This document shows positions 11,640 through 23,820 of a DNA stretch of 40,164 bases, in pieces. The notes under the pieces are model-generated. The model made no database searches and was not told the origin of the DNA. It saw nothing but the letters and a program-made list of their open reading frames with translations. Location of the stretch: positions 16,678,724 through 16,718,887 of the forward strand of contig NC_057751.1 in the NCBI RefSeq assembly GCF_004010195.1, in the 5' to 3' direction. Numbering within the stretch: the first letter of the stretch is position 1; each line of letters starts with the position of its first letter. The DNA comes from Chiloscyllium plagiosum. Lineage: Eukaryota. The position numbers were made by a program, and so were the translations under genes.

Positions 11640-12950
11640 GTTCAGGATTCTCTTCAGGCTAACATGCAGGTTCAGTTGGCAGTTAGAAAGGTAAACCCAT
11701 TCATTTCCAGAGGACTAGGATACAAGAGCAGGGATGTACTGCTGAGACTATATTTGGAATATTGTGAGCGGTTTTGGGCCCCATATCTAAGGAAGGATGT
11801 GCTGGCCTTGGAGGAGGGTCCAGACGAGGTTTACAAGAATGATCCCGGGGATGAAGGGCTTGTCATGGAGTACAATGTGAATGAATGTGGAGTCATCCAT
11901 CTTGGGAGGAGTAACAGTAACATGAACAGTAGGAACTTGCGGCACGCCGCTGTGCAGAGGGACCTGGGTGTCCTTGTGCATGAATCTCGGAAGGCTGGTC
12001 ATAGAGATATACGGCCTGCAGGTACGGCAGGTAATGAGGAAGGCAGATGGAGCCCTGTCCTCCATTGCTAGTGGGATGGAGTTTAAAAGCAGGGAGGTTA
12101 TGGTACAGGGAGCTGGTGAGGCCACACCTGGAGAACTGTGTGCAGTTTTGGTCTCCTCACTTGAGAAGAGATGGACGGGCACTGGAGGGGGTGCAGAGGA
12201 GGTTGATTCCGGAGTTGAGGGGGTTCGGTTTATGAGGACAGACTGAGTACACTGGGACTGTACTCATTGGAATTCAGAAGAATGGGGGGGGGGGGTGGGA
12301 TCAAACAGAAACAAATAAAATTTTAAAGGGAATAGAGAACATAGAGGTAGAGAGGATGTTTCCACTGGCCGGTGAAACTAGGATAAGAGGGCGTAGTCTC
12401 AAAATGAGAGGGGGGGGGGGGAGCAGATTGAGGACGGATTGAGGAGGAACCTCTTCACCCAGAGGGTTGGGAATCGGTGGAATTCCTGGCCCAGCGAAGT
12501 GGTTGGCGCTACTTCGGTAAATATTTTTACAGTTAAGATAGATTTTGAAGGAATTAAGGGACACGGTGAGCGGGAGGGTCAGGGGGCCTGAGTCCTCGAG
12601 AAAGATCAGCCATGATCGTATTGAAGGGCGGGGCGGGCTCGAAGGGGGTCAGACGGCCTACTCCTGCTCCTGGTCCTTACGTTCATTATCAGGATCGGGT
12701 GAGGACTCGGGGTCGGCACTCGATGGAGATTAGAAGGATGAGGAGGGATCTGATTGAGACTCGCAAAACATCAAGAGGCCTGCAGAGCGTGGATGTGGAG
12801 TCGATGTTTCCACACGTAGGAGAGGTGAGGACCTCAGGGTCACACCCTCAGAGTGAAGAGACGTCCCTCTAGAACTGAGATGGGGAGGAATTTCTTCAGC
12901 CGGAGGGTGTGGAGGCCAGTTATTGAGCATATTTAAGACAAAGATAGATA
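11640..12950 (+). mobile_element. Cluster of degraded CR1 ORF2/3' fragments
   Basis: SRGLGYKSRDVLLRLY, RPHLENCVQFWSP, RRMRRDLIET motifs. Confidence 0.85.
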
Positions 12951-12954
12951 GGTT

Positions 12955-13369
12955 TAGATTAGATTTTTTAGATTCCCTACAGTGTAGAAAGAGGCCCAAC
13001 CAGTCCACACCGACCCTCTGAAGAGTAACCCACCGAGACCCATTCCTCTCTGACTAATGCACCTCACACTATGGGTAATTTAGCACGGCCAATCCACCCG
13101 AACCTGCACATCCCTGAGCACTATGGGTAATTTAGCACGGCCAATCCACCCCAAACTGCACATCCCTGAGCACTATGGGTAATTTAACATGGCCAATCCA
13201 CCCTAACCTGCACATCTTTGGACTGTGGGAGGAAACTGGAACACCCGGAGGAAACCCACACAGACACTGGGAGAATGTGCAAACTCCACGCACAGCCAAT
13301 CGCCCGAGGCTGGAATCGAACCTGGGACCCTGGTGCTGTGAGGCAGCAGTGCTAACCACTGAGCCACCA
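12955..13369 (-). mobile_element. HE1-type SINE (3 internal 52-bp units) inserted into CR1
   Basis: Head near 13369 and (AATCT)n tail at 12955. A second SINE tail follows at 13374-13460 and CR1 resumes near 13462. Confidence 0.9.
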
Positions 13370-13734
13370 TTAGCTTAGATTCCCTACACTGTGGAAACGG
13401 GCCCTTCAACCCAACAAGTCCACACCGACCATCCGAAGAACAACTCACCCCGACCCATTCACCTACATCCCTTGATGAGCAAGGGGATTAAGGGTCACGG
13501 GGAGAGTGGGGTTGAGAGACATATCAGCCATGATGGGATAGTGGAGCAGACTCGATGGGCCGTATGTCCTTACTCTGCTTCTCTATCTTACAGTCTTATT
13601 TGCAAAAGGCTGTCCTTCCTCCTTAGTTCCTTACATGTGGCTGTGCTAAGAGCTGGCAGGTGAGACCTACCAGACCTCCAGCAAAGTCCAGGCAGAGTGT
13701 TATTTTTTTACTGGAAGGGGACACATAGGCAGTT

Positions 13735-14000
13735 GTTTGATTTTGTCACTGGATTTGATACCAAAGGTCAGTTTCAGCGTTCCTTTCGAAACAGCATCCA
13801 TCTCGTTCACATGCTCTTTGGCAAGTCCAGCATTCCAAACCGGATTTCACAATGCACCTTATTCCACTGGTAAACGCAGTGTGTTTCAGATCGATTATTG
13901 ATCCTTCAAAAGAAGTTGTATGACTTCCAAATACTCTCGTAAGAGTTTCATGCGCTTGGTAATTCACTTTGACGTCTCCTTGAACATGAATTCCTCATTT
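13735..14000 (-). mobile_element. Ancient L2/Crack-like LINE ORF2 remnant
   Basis: Minus frames give GIHVQGDVKVN...DLK..AFTSGIRCIV then, after a frameshift, PVWNAGLAKEHVNEMDAVSKGTLKLTFG. This resembles the post-RT motif LGV.I..DLKW...RP..EY..PVW..GL......LE.VQKRALRII. Confidence 0.5.
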
Positions 14001-14074
14001 TCAATGTGAAGGGTTGGACGATCACCGCTTTTGTCCCAGAGGACAAGATCACAAAAGTGCAATCCTCTTAACAA

Positions 14075-14585
14075 TTCCGGTCTCCCGGCTGTAGGAAAGA
14101 TGTGAAACTTGAAAGGATGCAGAAAAGATTTACAAGGATGTTGGAGAGTTTGAGCTATAGGGATACGCTGAACAGGCTGGGGGATGTTTTCCCTGGAACA
14201 TCGGAGGCTGAGGGGGTGACCTTATAGAGGTTTATAAAATCATGAGGGGGCATGGATAGGGTAAATAGACAAGGTCTTTTCTCTGGAGTGGGGGAGTCCA
14301 GAATGAGAGGGGCATAGGTTTAGGGTGAGAGGGGAAAGATATAAAAGGGATCCAAGGGGCTACATTTTCACACAGAGGGTGGTAGGTGTATGGAATGAGC
14401 TGCCAGAGGAAGTGGTGGAGGCTGGTACAATTACAACATCTAAAAGGCATTTGGATGGGTATATGAATAGGAAGGGTTTAGAGGGATATGGGCCGGGTGC
14501 TGGCAGGTGGGACTAGATTGGGTTGGGATATCATGGAAGAGTTGGACCGAAGGGTCCGCTTCTGTGCTGTACAAATCTATGACTC
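14075..14585 (+). mobile_element. CR1 3' fragment
   Basis: Same motifs and tail as 1-310. Confidence 0.9.
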
Positions 14586-14943
14586 GATGCTAAGTATGTT
14601 GGCACGCGCCAAGCGGAGGTGGTCTCTCTGGTTTGGGGAACATTTACAGAATGGGAATTGGCTGCATCGCTCCCTGCACCTCACTGGCCGTGAAAGGCTT
14701 TGGGTTCCTTCAAGGCACCCTCGTCCGTGAAATACCTGCTTCTCAGCAACCCAACAATCCTGTTTCATACACGGTAGTGAGGGTTGATGAGTTCACTAGG
14801 CATGGGTAAACGCTTGAGAAAGGGATTCGTTTAATTCAATGTGTCGTTGTGATCCACCTGACGGCCATTCAGCCCATTAAGTCCACGTCGGCCTTCTGTC
14901 CGGCAATGCAGTCAGTCCCTTTACCCCCGCCCCGCCCCTTTCT

Positions 14944-15800
14944 AGTCATAGAGTCATACAGCATGGAAACAGACCCTTTACCAACCCATACCAACAATAA
15001 TCCTCAAACTAAACTAGTCCCAGCTACCTGTGCTTGGCCTATATCCCTCCAAACCCTTCTTATTCATATACTTACCCAAACGTCATTTAAATGTTGTGAC
15101 TGTGCATCCACCACTTCTCTAGAAATTCATCCCATACACAAACTCTCTGTGTAAAAGATTTGTTCCCCCCACCCCCACTGTCCTTTTTAAATGTTTCTTT
15201 CCTCACCTTGAAGATATGCCTGCCCCCAACTGAACCATTGCCTGTGGAAAAGACACCTGCCATTCACCTTACCTATGCCCCTCATGATCTTATAAAACAA
15301 TAAGGTCACCCCCTCAACCTCCTACACTTCAGTGAAAAAAGTCACAGTCACAGTCATAGAGTCATAGAGATGTACAGCACGGAAACAGACCCTTCGGTCC
15401 AACCCGTCCATGCTGACTCAGATATCCCAACCCAACCCAGTCCCACCTGCCAGCACCCGGCCCATATCCTTCCAAACCCTTCCTATTCATATACCCATCC
15501 AAATGCCTCTTAAATGTTGCAGTTGTACCAGCCTCCACCACTTCCTCTGGCAGTTCATTCCATACACGTACCACCCTCTGCGTGAAAAAGTTGCCCCTTA
15601 GGTCTCTCTTATATCTTTCCCCTTTCACCCCTTCAAGTTTATTTTTATATCTCAGATCCTCCATCCTGGTAAATCGTTTCTGAGCCCTCTTCAGCTTTAA
15701 TAATATCCTTCCTATAACGGGGTGACCAGAACTGGACACAGTGCACCAGACGAGGCCTCACCAATGTCCTGTACAACCCCAACATGATGTCCCGACTCCT
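14944..15800 (-). mobile_element. Nested minus-strand CR1 fragments
   Basis: Tails at 14944 and 15353; ORF2 C-terminal motifs. Confidence 0.85.
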
Positions 15801-15999
15801 CATCCTGGACGTTTCTTCGCCTCAATTCCCTCGTAAATTGCCTCCGCCTTCACCGCTCTATATTCGGACAAATGCAACATGGTGATGAGAAGGGAGGTCC
15901 CACAACAGGGTGATCCATGAAGGAATTCGTTTGATGGCTTTTCCACATCGTGTTGTGTTGGTATTTTCCAAAACGTGAGGCAATGTAAGATTTGGGAAA

Positions 16000-16623
16000 A
16001 ATGATGGCAGAAATAGAATGGGCAGCATCGGGGTTCGTGGGCTCAGATCTCATCCATTCAGCCCGTGTTTCCTTTTATTCTTCCCTTCTTTTTCTCTTTT
16101 TTCAGTGTTTTTTTTATACTTTTCAGTATTTATTACTTAACTCTTGGAGGGTGCAGAGGTAGCGAGAGGGGGTGACAGGGAGCCTAGCAGCGAGAGCCAA
16201 GATGGCGGCATTGGCGAGATGGCAAAAGATGGTAGCCATGGTGAGGTGGTGGTGCGTGGGGGCTGAAGTCTTGGGAGTGGCGGAGAGACCTGGCATGCCT
16301 GGGCGGGTCAGAGCCCAGCACAGGGGAAAGCATGCCCAGATTGGAGTGGGGGAGCGACCCCTCTTGGGGAAGGCCTAGCTGGAGGCCTGTGGCTTCATAA
16401 CAGACTGCAACGTTTGACATTTCCACCTTATTTCTTCAGTTTCCTACTTTTGCAGACTGTAGTGCTGAACTTTTAAAGCTATTTCTTTATTTTTCAATAT
16501 CTATAAATAAGGTTTTGTAACGAGGTGCTTCTTTATTACCTGAGATGGCGCAGTGTGTGGTGACATCATCCACTTGTCAGTGTACTTCTGTACGAGAGTA
16601 CATGCGACAATAAAATCAAAATC
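16000..16623 (+). mobile_element. Composite retroposon, related copy D
   Basis: Pyrimidine tract 16068-16140, AAGATGGCGG at 16199, tail GAGATGGCG...GTACATGCGACAATAAAATCAAAATC. Confidence 0.55.
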
Positions 16624-16656
16624 TCTGGTACAGTATTACTGATACCCCACGCCCAT

Positions 16657-17270
16657 GGAATGGAAGGGAACGGAATGGAATAGAATGGAATAGAATGGAA
16701 TGGAATAAAATGGAAAGGAATAGAATAAAATGGAATAGAATAGAATGGAATAGAATGGAATGGAATGGAATAGAATGGAATGGAATGGAATAAAATGGAA
16801 AGGAATAGAATAAAATGGAATGGAATAGAATGGAATGGAATGGAATGGAATAGAATGGAATGGAATGGAATGGAATGGAATAGAATGGAATGGAATGGAA
16901 TAGAACGGAATGGAATAGAATGGAATAGAATGGAATGGAATAGAATGGAATAGAATTGAATAGAATAGAACGAAATGGAATGGAATAGAATGGAATGGAA
17001 AGGAATGGAATGGAATGGAATGGAATGGAATAGAATGGAATAGAATGGAATGGAAAGGAATGGAATGGAATGGAATGGAATGGAATGGAATAGTATGGAA
17101 TAGAATGGAATAAAATGGAATGGAATAGAACGGAACGGAATGGAATGCAATAGAATGGAATGGAATAGAATAGAATGGAATAGAATGGAATGGAATGGAA
17201 TGGAATGGCATAGAATGGAATGGAATGGAATGGAGTGGAATAGAATGGAATGGAATGGAATAGAATAGAA
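16657..17270. repeat. (GGAAT/AGAAT)n pentamer array, ~610 bp
   Basis: Seen directly. Confidence 0.98.
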
Positions 17271-17530
17271 CACACTTTATTGTCATGTGCACTCAAGCAT
17301 AGGAATACAGTGAAAAGTTTCACAATATTGCTTCTGATGGTGCCAACTGATATATAAGTCCCTAGATAGAAATCTTAGATTCAAAAAGAGGTATAAAAAA
17401 TAAGTAGTTGCATTACTTTACAGACATAAAACATACTTAAAAGGACAGACATTACAGTCATGTAAACGAACTACAAATAAACAATACATTGGAGTAAGTC
17501 AGCCCAAGGACTTCCCTATGTGCATGTGAC
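17271..17530 (-). mobile_element. 3' tail of a composite retroposon or LINE
   Basis: Minus strand AAACTTTTCACTGTA...GTGCACATGACAATAAA runs directly into (TTCTA/TTCCA)n. Confidence 0.6.
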
Positions 17531-17649
17531 TACCCACACCAGATTCCAGTCCAACAACTGTCCCCACTCCACTCCACACCCCCTGTCCGCTCTGTACCAG
17601 CTCTCAGCTTCTCCAAGGGAGGTTTTCTCCAGGACTCAGTTCCCCTCAC

Positions 17650-17877
17650 TGGCCTGTGCTCCCCGTGCCAGTTTTGATGAAAAGACGGTGAAGACATGAG
17701 CCAGTATTGACGATCCCCGGTGTAGGATTCCTCAGCTGTGGGCAACAGCGGACCTTTCCAAGAAAAGTGCAGTGGAAAAGTGACCTGCAGTTTCTATAGA
17801 GAAGCCTTGGTCTGTCAAATGCTGAAAGAACATGGACTTTATGTAATAGAATATTTGTGCTCTTGTGCAATTTGCTT
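17650..17877 (-). other. Second candidate exon of the divergent transcript (228 nt)
   Basis: Acceptor gttgtttttcctttcaccgatattccctttgtag| and donor CA|GTGAGG. Open in the phase-2 frame that continues MPFPGLYQV. No homolog recognised. Confidence 0.25.
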
Positions 17878-18364
17878 CTACAAAGGGAATATCGGTGAAA
17901 GGAAAAACAACATGATGGCGAAATGTCTGTTTGCCGTTGTTCACTCTGCGACCCGATCGATTTCCCACTTCCCCAGCCAGTCACGAGTGACTCCACGCTG
18001 TTCCTTTTACTGTGGCGGGGGGGGGTGGGGAGCGAGTTAATGTTTATTCGACTGGGCAGAGAACCTATTTGCCAGGCTAGATCACGCCAGTGTTTCCAAG
18101 CACGGAACCGATTTTGTAATAACTGCAGGTTGAAATCAGAACTGTCCGTTGGAAAAGGGGGAAGAGTATTGGCTGGGGCCAGGGCGGGGTAGGATTTAGT
18201 CCTGTAAAGAGCCTCTACTGATCTTTTCCAGTAATCTTGCAAGTATTTCAAGTTTTTTTCTGAGTCTGCTGTACCACTGAGTTAAATGGCCAAACTGTAT
18301 CTCACCCACACATTCCTGCCTTTGTTCCATACCATTCGACCCATGAGCTCTGAGCTGGTTTGCC

Positions 18365-18793
18365 AGCGATACCTGTGCCATCATCGCCTGTGCCATACAT
18401 AGGAGTTGCCGCTCTTCAGGCGCCATATTTTCACCACCGGGCCCACTTTGCCCGTGTGGTACCCATACTCTGCCCCGCAACCAGGAGTCCCCGGCTCTGC
18501 GGCGCCGATTTCCAGGCGTTTCCGGTTTTGGGCCTGCCACAACCCAGGAGCTGCCGCCAATGCCTCATCGACAGCCAGGAGTGCCCGTCTCCGGGCCTAC
18601 CCCAAGCTGGGGCCCCTGGCTCCATTACTAGGCCAGGCCCTCCTCCGCGACATCGCCTTGGCAACGCTGACGACAGGAAGGAGAAAAGAAGCAAAAGAGA
18701 AACAGAAAAGGATAAGGAAAAAGGAAGGAAGCAGCTGGTCTGGAGCAGGCTGAGGAGCCCAGACGCGGCCTACCTTGCTATCACCGCCATCTT
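18365..18793 (-). mobile_element. Composite retroposon 5' part, copy C
   Basis: AAAGATGGCGGTGA head, pyrimidine tract, GC-rich body. Confidence 0.5.
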
Positions 18794-19151
18794 TATCCAT
18801 CTCAACAGCACTGTTGCCCTGGAGTCTTTACCGGGGGCTGAGAAATCAGGGTTGTTTTTCACTACCATTTGTCTGATATGGTACAAACGTAATGGCCGGT
18901 CCTTTCATCAAATTGTCCTAATTCATTCACCCTACTCTCGCACCTCGATAAGAGTTGCTTGGTCAGGTATTTTTTTAAGAAAGAAGCTTGCACTTCTCAG
19001 GAGCGTTCCCAAGAGTGCCAAACAGCCAGGCTGGCAAGGGGGGTGCTGATTGGTTGGCAAGTGGATAGCGCGGTGCTGCCAATCCGTTGCCACCCTCCTT
19101 TCAGACATCCTTTCATTCGTTTCCTTCCTGCAGACGGATCCAACGTTTTGG

Positions 19152-19475
19152 GCATGGCCTAGTGGTATTACCCCCTGGACTGCTAATCCAGGGACCTGGG
19201 GAGCCTTCCGGGGGCCTGGGTTCGACTCCCACCACGGCAGATGGTGGAATTTGAATTCAATCAAAATCTGGAATTAGGAATCTAATTGTGAACTCATTGT
19301 CGACTGTCAGAAAAACAAAAACCCATCTGGTTCACTAATGTCCTTACCTGGTCTGGACGACATGTGACTCCAGACGCACAGCAATATGGTTGAGTCTTAA
19401 ACTGCCCTCTGGGCAATTAGGGATGGGCAATATATGAATAATACTTCAGTGATGCCGTCACTAAATAAATAAAAA
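19152..19475 (+). mobile_element. tRNA-derived SINE, second family (near full length)
   Basis: A-box TGGCCTAGTGG, B-box GGTTCGACTCCC, shared core, tail GGGCAATTAGGGATGGGCAATA. Confidence 0.85.
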
Positions 19476-19618
19476 GAAAATTGTCCGGATAAGTCCAATG
19501 TTTTGGCTAACTTTTTTGTTTTCAGAAATATCCCCCATAACATGCGCAGTGGCCAATATCTCCCTTTTAGGCCTTGCTTAACCATTTTGTAAAACACAGT
19601 CTCGCAGGAAAGACGTAC

Positions 19619-19750
19619 CTCACTTGGTATAGTCCAGGAAAGGGCATGACTTCACCGAGTTCGATATCTAACTGCCCAGTTCGAGGAAGCTGGCATTTTT
19701 TTAAAATCTCGTGCTAAAACGGGAGCTTGCAACAGTAAATTGTGGACCAA
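19619..19750 (-). other. Candidate exon of a transcript divergent from GGCX
   Basis: Strong acceptor (tttgacatgcaatttctgctttttcag|) and donor (GAG|GTACGT) in non-repeat sequence. An ATG at 19647 opens MPFPGLYQV. No homolog recognised. Confidence 0.35.
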
Positions 19751-19929
19751 CTGAAAAAGCAGAAATTGCATGTCAAAAGCGAGCAAGAGAGCGTTACAAC
19801 AATTGAGTTACATAAGCCATGCATTATATAACTTCAGATAGAGTGACTCTCGCACATAGAGGAAATAAAAGCATCTCTACAGACAAAGGGTTAACATTGA
19901 TGATTCTGATGAAGATATCATTCGTCGAG

Positions 19930-21430
19930 AGTCATAGAGATGTACAGCACGGAAACAGACCCCTTGGTCCAACTCGTCCACGTCCACCAGATATCCTAAC
20001 CTAATTGAGTTCCATTTGCTAGCGTTCGGCCCATATCCCTCCAAACCCTTCCTATTCACGTATCCATCCAGATGCCTTTTAAATGCTGCAATGGACCCAG
20101 CCTCAACCATAGAGTCATAGAGGTGTACAGCATGGAAACAGACCCTTCGGTCCAACCCGTCCATGCCGACAAGATATCCCAACCCAATCTAGTCCCACCT
20201 GCCAGCACCCGGCCCATATCCCTCCAAACCCTTCCTATTCATGTACCCATCCAGATGCCTCTTAAATGTTGCAATTGTACCAGCCTCCACCACTTCCTCT
20301 GGCAGCTCATTCCATACACGTACCACCCTCTGCGTGAAAAAGTTGCCCCTTTAAGACCCTTTTATATCTTTCCCCTCTCACCCTAAACCTGTGCCCCTCT
20401 AGTTCTGAACTCCACCACCCCAGGGGAAAAGACCTTGTCTAGTTACCCTATCCATGCCCCCTCATGATTTTATAAACCTCTATAAGGTCACCCCTCANNN
20501 NNNNNNNNNNNNNNNNNNNNNNNNNNNNNNNNNNNNNNNNNNNNNNNNNNNNNNNNNNNNNNNNNNNNNNNNNNNNNNNNNNNNNNNNNNNNNNNNNNNN
20601 NNNNNNNNNNNNNNNNNNNNNNNNNNNNNNNNNNNNNNNNNNNNNNNNNNNNNNNNNNNNNNNNNNNNNNNNNNNNNNNNNNNNNNNNNNNNNNNNNNNN
20701 NNNNNNNNNNNNNNNNNNNNNNNNNNNNNNNNNNNNNNNNNNNNNNNNNNNNNNNNNNNNNNNNNNNNNNNNNNNNNNNNNNNNNNNNNNNNNNNNNNNN
20801 NNNNNNNNNNNNNNNNNNNNNNNNNNNNNNNNNNNNNNNNNNNTGTTGTAATCTGAAGTAACCCTCTTCGCTGTCCACGACACCTCCAATTTTGGTGTCA
20901 TCTGCAAACTTACTAACTGTACCTCTTATGCTCGCATCCAAATCATTTATGTAAATGACAAAAAGTAGTGGACCCAGCATCGATCCTTGTGGCATTCCAT
21001 TGGTCACCACTTCCTCTGGCAGCTCATTCTATACACGTACCACCCTCTATGTGAAAAAGTTGCCCCTTCGTTCCCTTTTATATCTTTCCCCTCTCACCCT
21101 AAACCTACGCCCCTCTAGTTCTGGACTCCCCCATCCTAGGGAAAAGACCTTGTCCATTTACCCTATTCATAAGACGTAGGAGTGGAAGTAAAGCCATATG
21201 ACCCATCGAGTCCACTTGGCCATTTAATCATGGCTGATGGGCATTTCAGTTCCACTTATCCGCACTCTCCCCACCCCCCCCCCCTCATGATTTTGTTAAC
21301 CACTATGAGGTCACCCCTCAGCCTCCGACGCTCCAGGGAAAGCAGCTCTCGGCCTATTCAGCCTCTTCCTGTAGCTCAAACTCTCCAACCCTGGCGAATT
21401 GTTTCTGAACCCTTTCAAGTTTCACAACAA
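19930..21430 (-). mobile_element. Cluster of minus-strand CR1 fragments spanning the gap N 20498-20843
   Basis: RT motifs [20 protein letters not shown]...KFADDTK and 3' tails. Confidence 0.9.
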
Positions 21431-21589
21431 CCAGTTTATTCCTGTCAGCCAGTACTGCTGAGATTTTGAAAACACCGCTAACTACAAGTGTGTGCACAAT
21501 CTAATTACAGACTCACTATCTTGACAACTACCTCACTGCAAAGTTAATCTCTCCAATTTATATCAGTCTCAACTCGAGTTACCAATGAG

Positions 21590-21700
21590 AAGTCACGTAG
21601 CTTGTGGGACTGGCCTTTATTCCTAGATAACTGCATAACTGTTTTGCTCATCCAGGATTGAATATAACAGTGAACGGGAATGGTGGTTGAGAGAGAGGGT
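21590..21700 (-). mobile_element. Ancient L2 RT remnant
   Basis: LSTT...IQSWMSKTVMQLS...HKLR resembles the L2 motif DIQSWM..NFLQLN..KT......HKL. Confidence 0.45.
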
Positions 21701-22431
21701 ACTAGCGATCTCTGCATTTTCTTCAGACGGGCTGAAGGTAGCTGAGAACTTCGTAGGGCTGCTTCTGCAATTGTCTTTCCCAGTTCCAGGGTCAATACCA
21801 GGTCATTTCTTTGTTGAGACTTTGTAGTGATTGATATAACTTTGCAGACGACACCAAAATCGGAGGTGTAGTGGACAGCGAAGAGGGTTACCTCAGATTA
21901 CAACAGGATCTGGACCAGATGGGCCAATGGGCTAAGGAGTGGCAGATGGAGTTTAACTCAGATAAATGCGAGGTGCTGCATTTTGGGAAAGCAAATCAGG
22001 GGAGGACTTATACACTTAACGGTAAGGTCCTGGGGAGTGTTGCTGAACAAAGAGACCTTAGAGTGCAGGTTCATAGCTCCTTGAAAGTGGAGTCGCAGGT
22101 AGATAGGATAGTGAAGAAGGCGTTTGGTATGCTTTCCTTTATTGGTCAGAGTATTGAGTACAGGAGTTGGGAGGTCATGTTGTGGCTGTACAGGACATTG
22201 GTTCGGCCATTGTTGGAATACTGCGTGCAATTCTGGTCTCCTTCCTATCAGAAAGATGTTGTGAAACTTGAAAGGGTTCAGAAAAGATTTACCAGGATGT
22301 TGGAGGGTTTGAGCTACAGGGAGAGGCTGAATGGGCTGGGGCTGTTTTCACTGGAGTGTCGGAGGCTGAGGGGTGACCTTATAGAGGTTTATAAAATCAC
22401 GAGGGGGCGTTGGTAGGATAAATAGGCAAAG

Positions 22432-22567
22432 TAGGCGAAAGTCAAGATGAGAGTGGTGGTGGAAAAGCACAGCAGGTCAGGCAGCATCCGAGGAGCAGGA
22501 AAATCGACGTTTCGGGCAGGAGCCCTTCATCAGGAATGACGCTGGGAGCCTTGGGGGTGGAGAGATA
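22432..22567 (-). mobile_element. Short Penelope-derived insert with approximate TSD
   Basis: Flanked by AAATAGGCAAAG (22420-22431) and AAATAGACAAAG (22568-22579). Confidence 0.75.
22501..22537 (-). ncRNA. Minimal type I hammerhead ribozyme motif (Penelope-associated)
   Basis: Minus strand AUUC-CUGAUGA-A-GGGC-UCCU-GCCC-GAAA-CG-UC-GAUU: both core boxes intact, 4-bp stem II, palindromic ACGU in place of stem III, GUC cleavage triplet. Confidence 0.65.
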
Positions 22568-22920
22568 AAATAGACAAAGCCTCTTCCCTGAGTCCAGAAC
22601 TAGAGGGGCATAGGTTTAGAGTGAGAGGGGAAAGATATAAAAGAGACCTAAGGGGCAACATTTTCACACAGAGGGTGGTACGTGTATGGAATGTGCTGCC
22701 AGAGGAAGTGGTGGAGGCTGGTACAATTGCAACATTTAAAAGGCATCTGGATGGGTATATGAATAGGAAGGGTTTAGAGGGATATGGGCCGGGTGCTGGC
22801 AAATGGGACTGGATTAGGTTAGGATATCCGGGTCGGCATGGACGGGTTGGACCGAAGGGTCTGCCCGACCTCTATGACATAGTTATTTTTGATCTCGACC
22901 TTGTTACCTGTCAGTAAAGC

Positions 22921-23155
22921 CCTGACGAAAGGCTTTTGCCCGAAACGTCAATGTTTCCTGCTCCTGGGGTGTTGCCTGACCTGCTGTGCTTTTCCAGCCC
23001 CGCTCTCACCTAGACTCTGATCTGCAGCCCTCGCTTTCGCCTAGTTAAAAACCTCATTCCCTGATGAAGGGCTTTTGCCCCAAACTTCTATATCCCCTGC
23101 TCCCTGGGATGCTGCCTGACCTGCTGTGCTTTTCCAGCACCACACTCTCTAATCT
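22921..23155 (+). mobile_element. Two tandem Penelope pLTR fragments with hammerhead-like cores
   Basis: CTGACGA..GGCTTTTGCCCGAAACGTC at 22922 and CTGATGAAGGGCTTTTGCCC-CAAAC (mutated) at 23061. Confidence 0.75.
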
Positions 23156-23820
23156 TAGACAATAGACAATAGGTGCAGGAGTAGGCCATTCTGCCCTTCG
23201 AGCCTGCACCGCCATTCAATATGATCATGGCTGATCATTCCTAATCAGTATCCTGTTCCTGCCTTATCTCCATAACCCTTGATTCCACTATCTTTGAGAG
23301 CTCTATACAACTCTTTCTTAAATGAATCCAGAGACTGGGCCTCCACTGCCCTCTGGGGCAGAGCATTCCACACAGCCACCACTCTCTGGGTGAACAAGTT
23401 TCTCCTCATCTCTGTCCTAAATGATCTACCCCGTATTTTTAAGCTGTGTCCTCAGGTTCGGTACTCACCCATCAGCGGAAACATGTTTCCTGCCTCCAGA
23501 ATGTCCAACCCTTTAATAATCTTATATGTCTCAATCAGATCCCCTCTCAAGTCTTCTAAACTCAAGGGTATACAAGCCCAGATGCTTCAGTCTTTCAGTG
23601 TAAGGTAATCCCGCCATTCCAAGAATTGACCTCGTGAATCTACGCTGCACTCCCTCAATAGCCAGAATGTCTTTTCTCAAATTTGGAGACCAGAACTGCA
23701 CACAGTACTCCAGGTGTGGTCTCACCAGGGCCCTGTGCGGCTGCAGAAGCACCTCTTTGCTTCTGTACTCAATTCCTCTTGTTATGAAGGCCAGCATGCC
23801 ATTAGCTTTCTTCACTGCCT
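23156..23820 (-). mobile_element. CR1 subfamily with (CTATTGT)n tail
   Basis: KKANGMLAFITRGIEYRSKEVLLQ..RALVRPHLEYCVQFWSP. Confidence 0.92.

Larger units (their letters stand above)
21840..22878 (+). mobile_element. Young CR1 3' fragment (~900 bp) with a Penelope insert
   Basis: Open ORF2 frame FADDTKIGG...WQMEFNSDKCEVLHFG...RPLLEYCVQFWSP...RGDLIEVYK. Incomplete, no full ORF2. Confidence 0.95.

Noticed and set aside
16566..17323. Three 218-235 aa ORFs (FHSIP repeats)
   Set aside because: Translations of the (ATTCC)n satellite, which lacks stops on that strand.
18360..19049. 229-aa ORF
   Set aside because: Mostly the GC-rich composite retroposon read antisense; no recognisable domain.
21871..22416. 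181-aa RT-like ORF as an active gene
   Set aside because: 5'-truncated CR1 ORF2 fragment interrupted by a Penelope insert.
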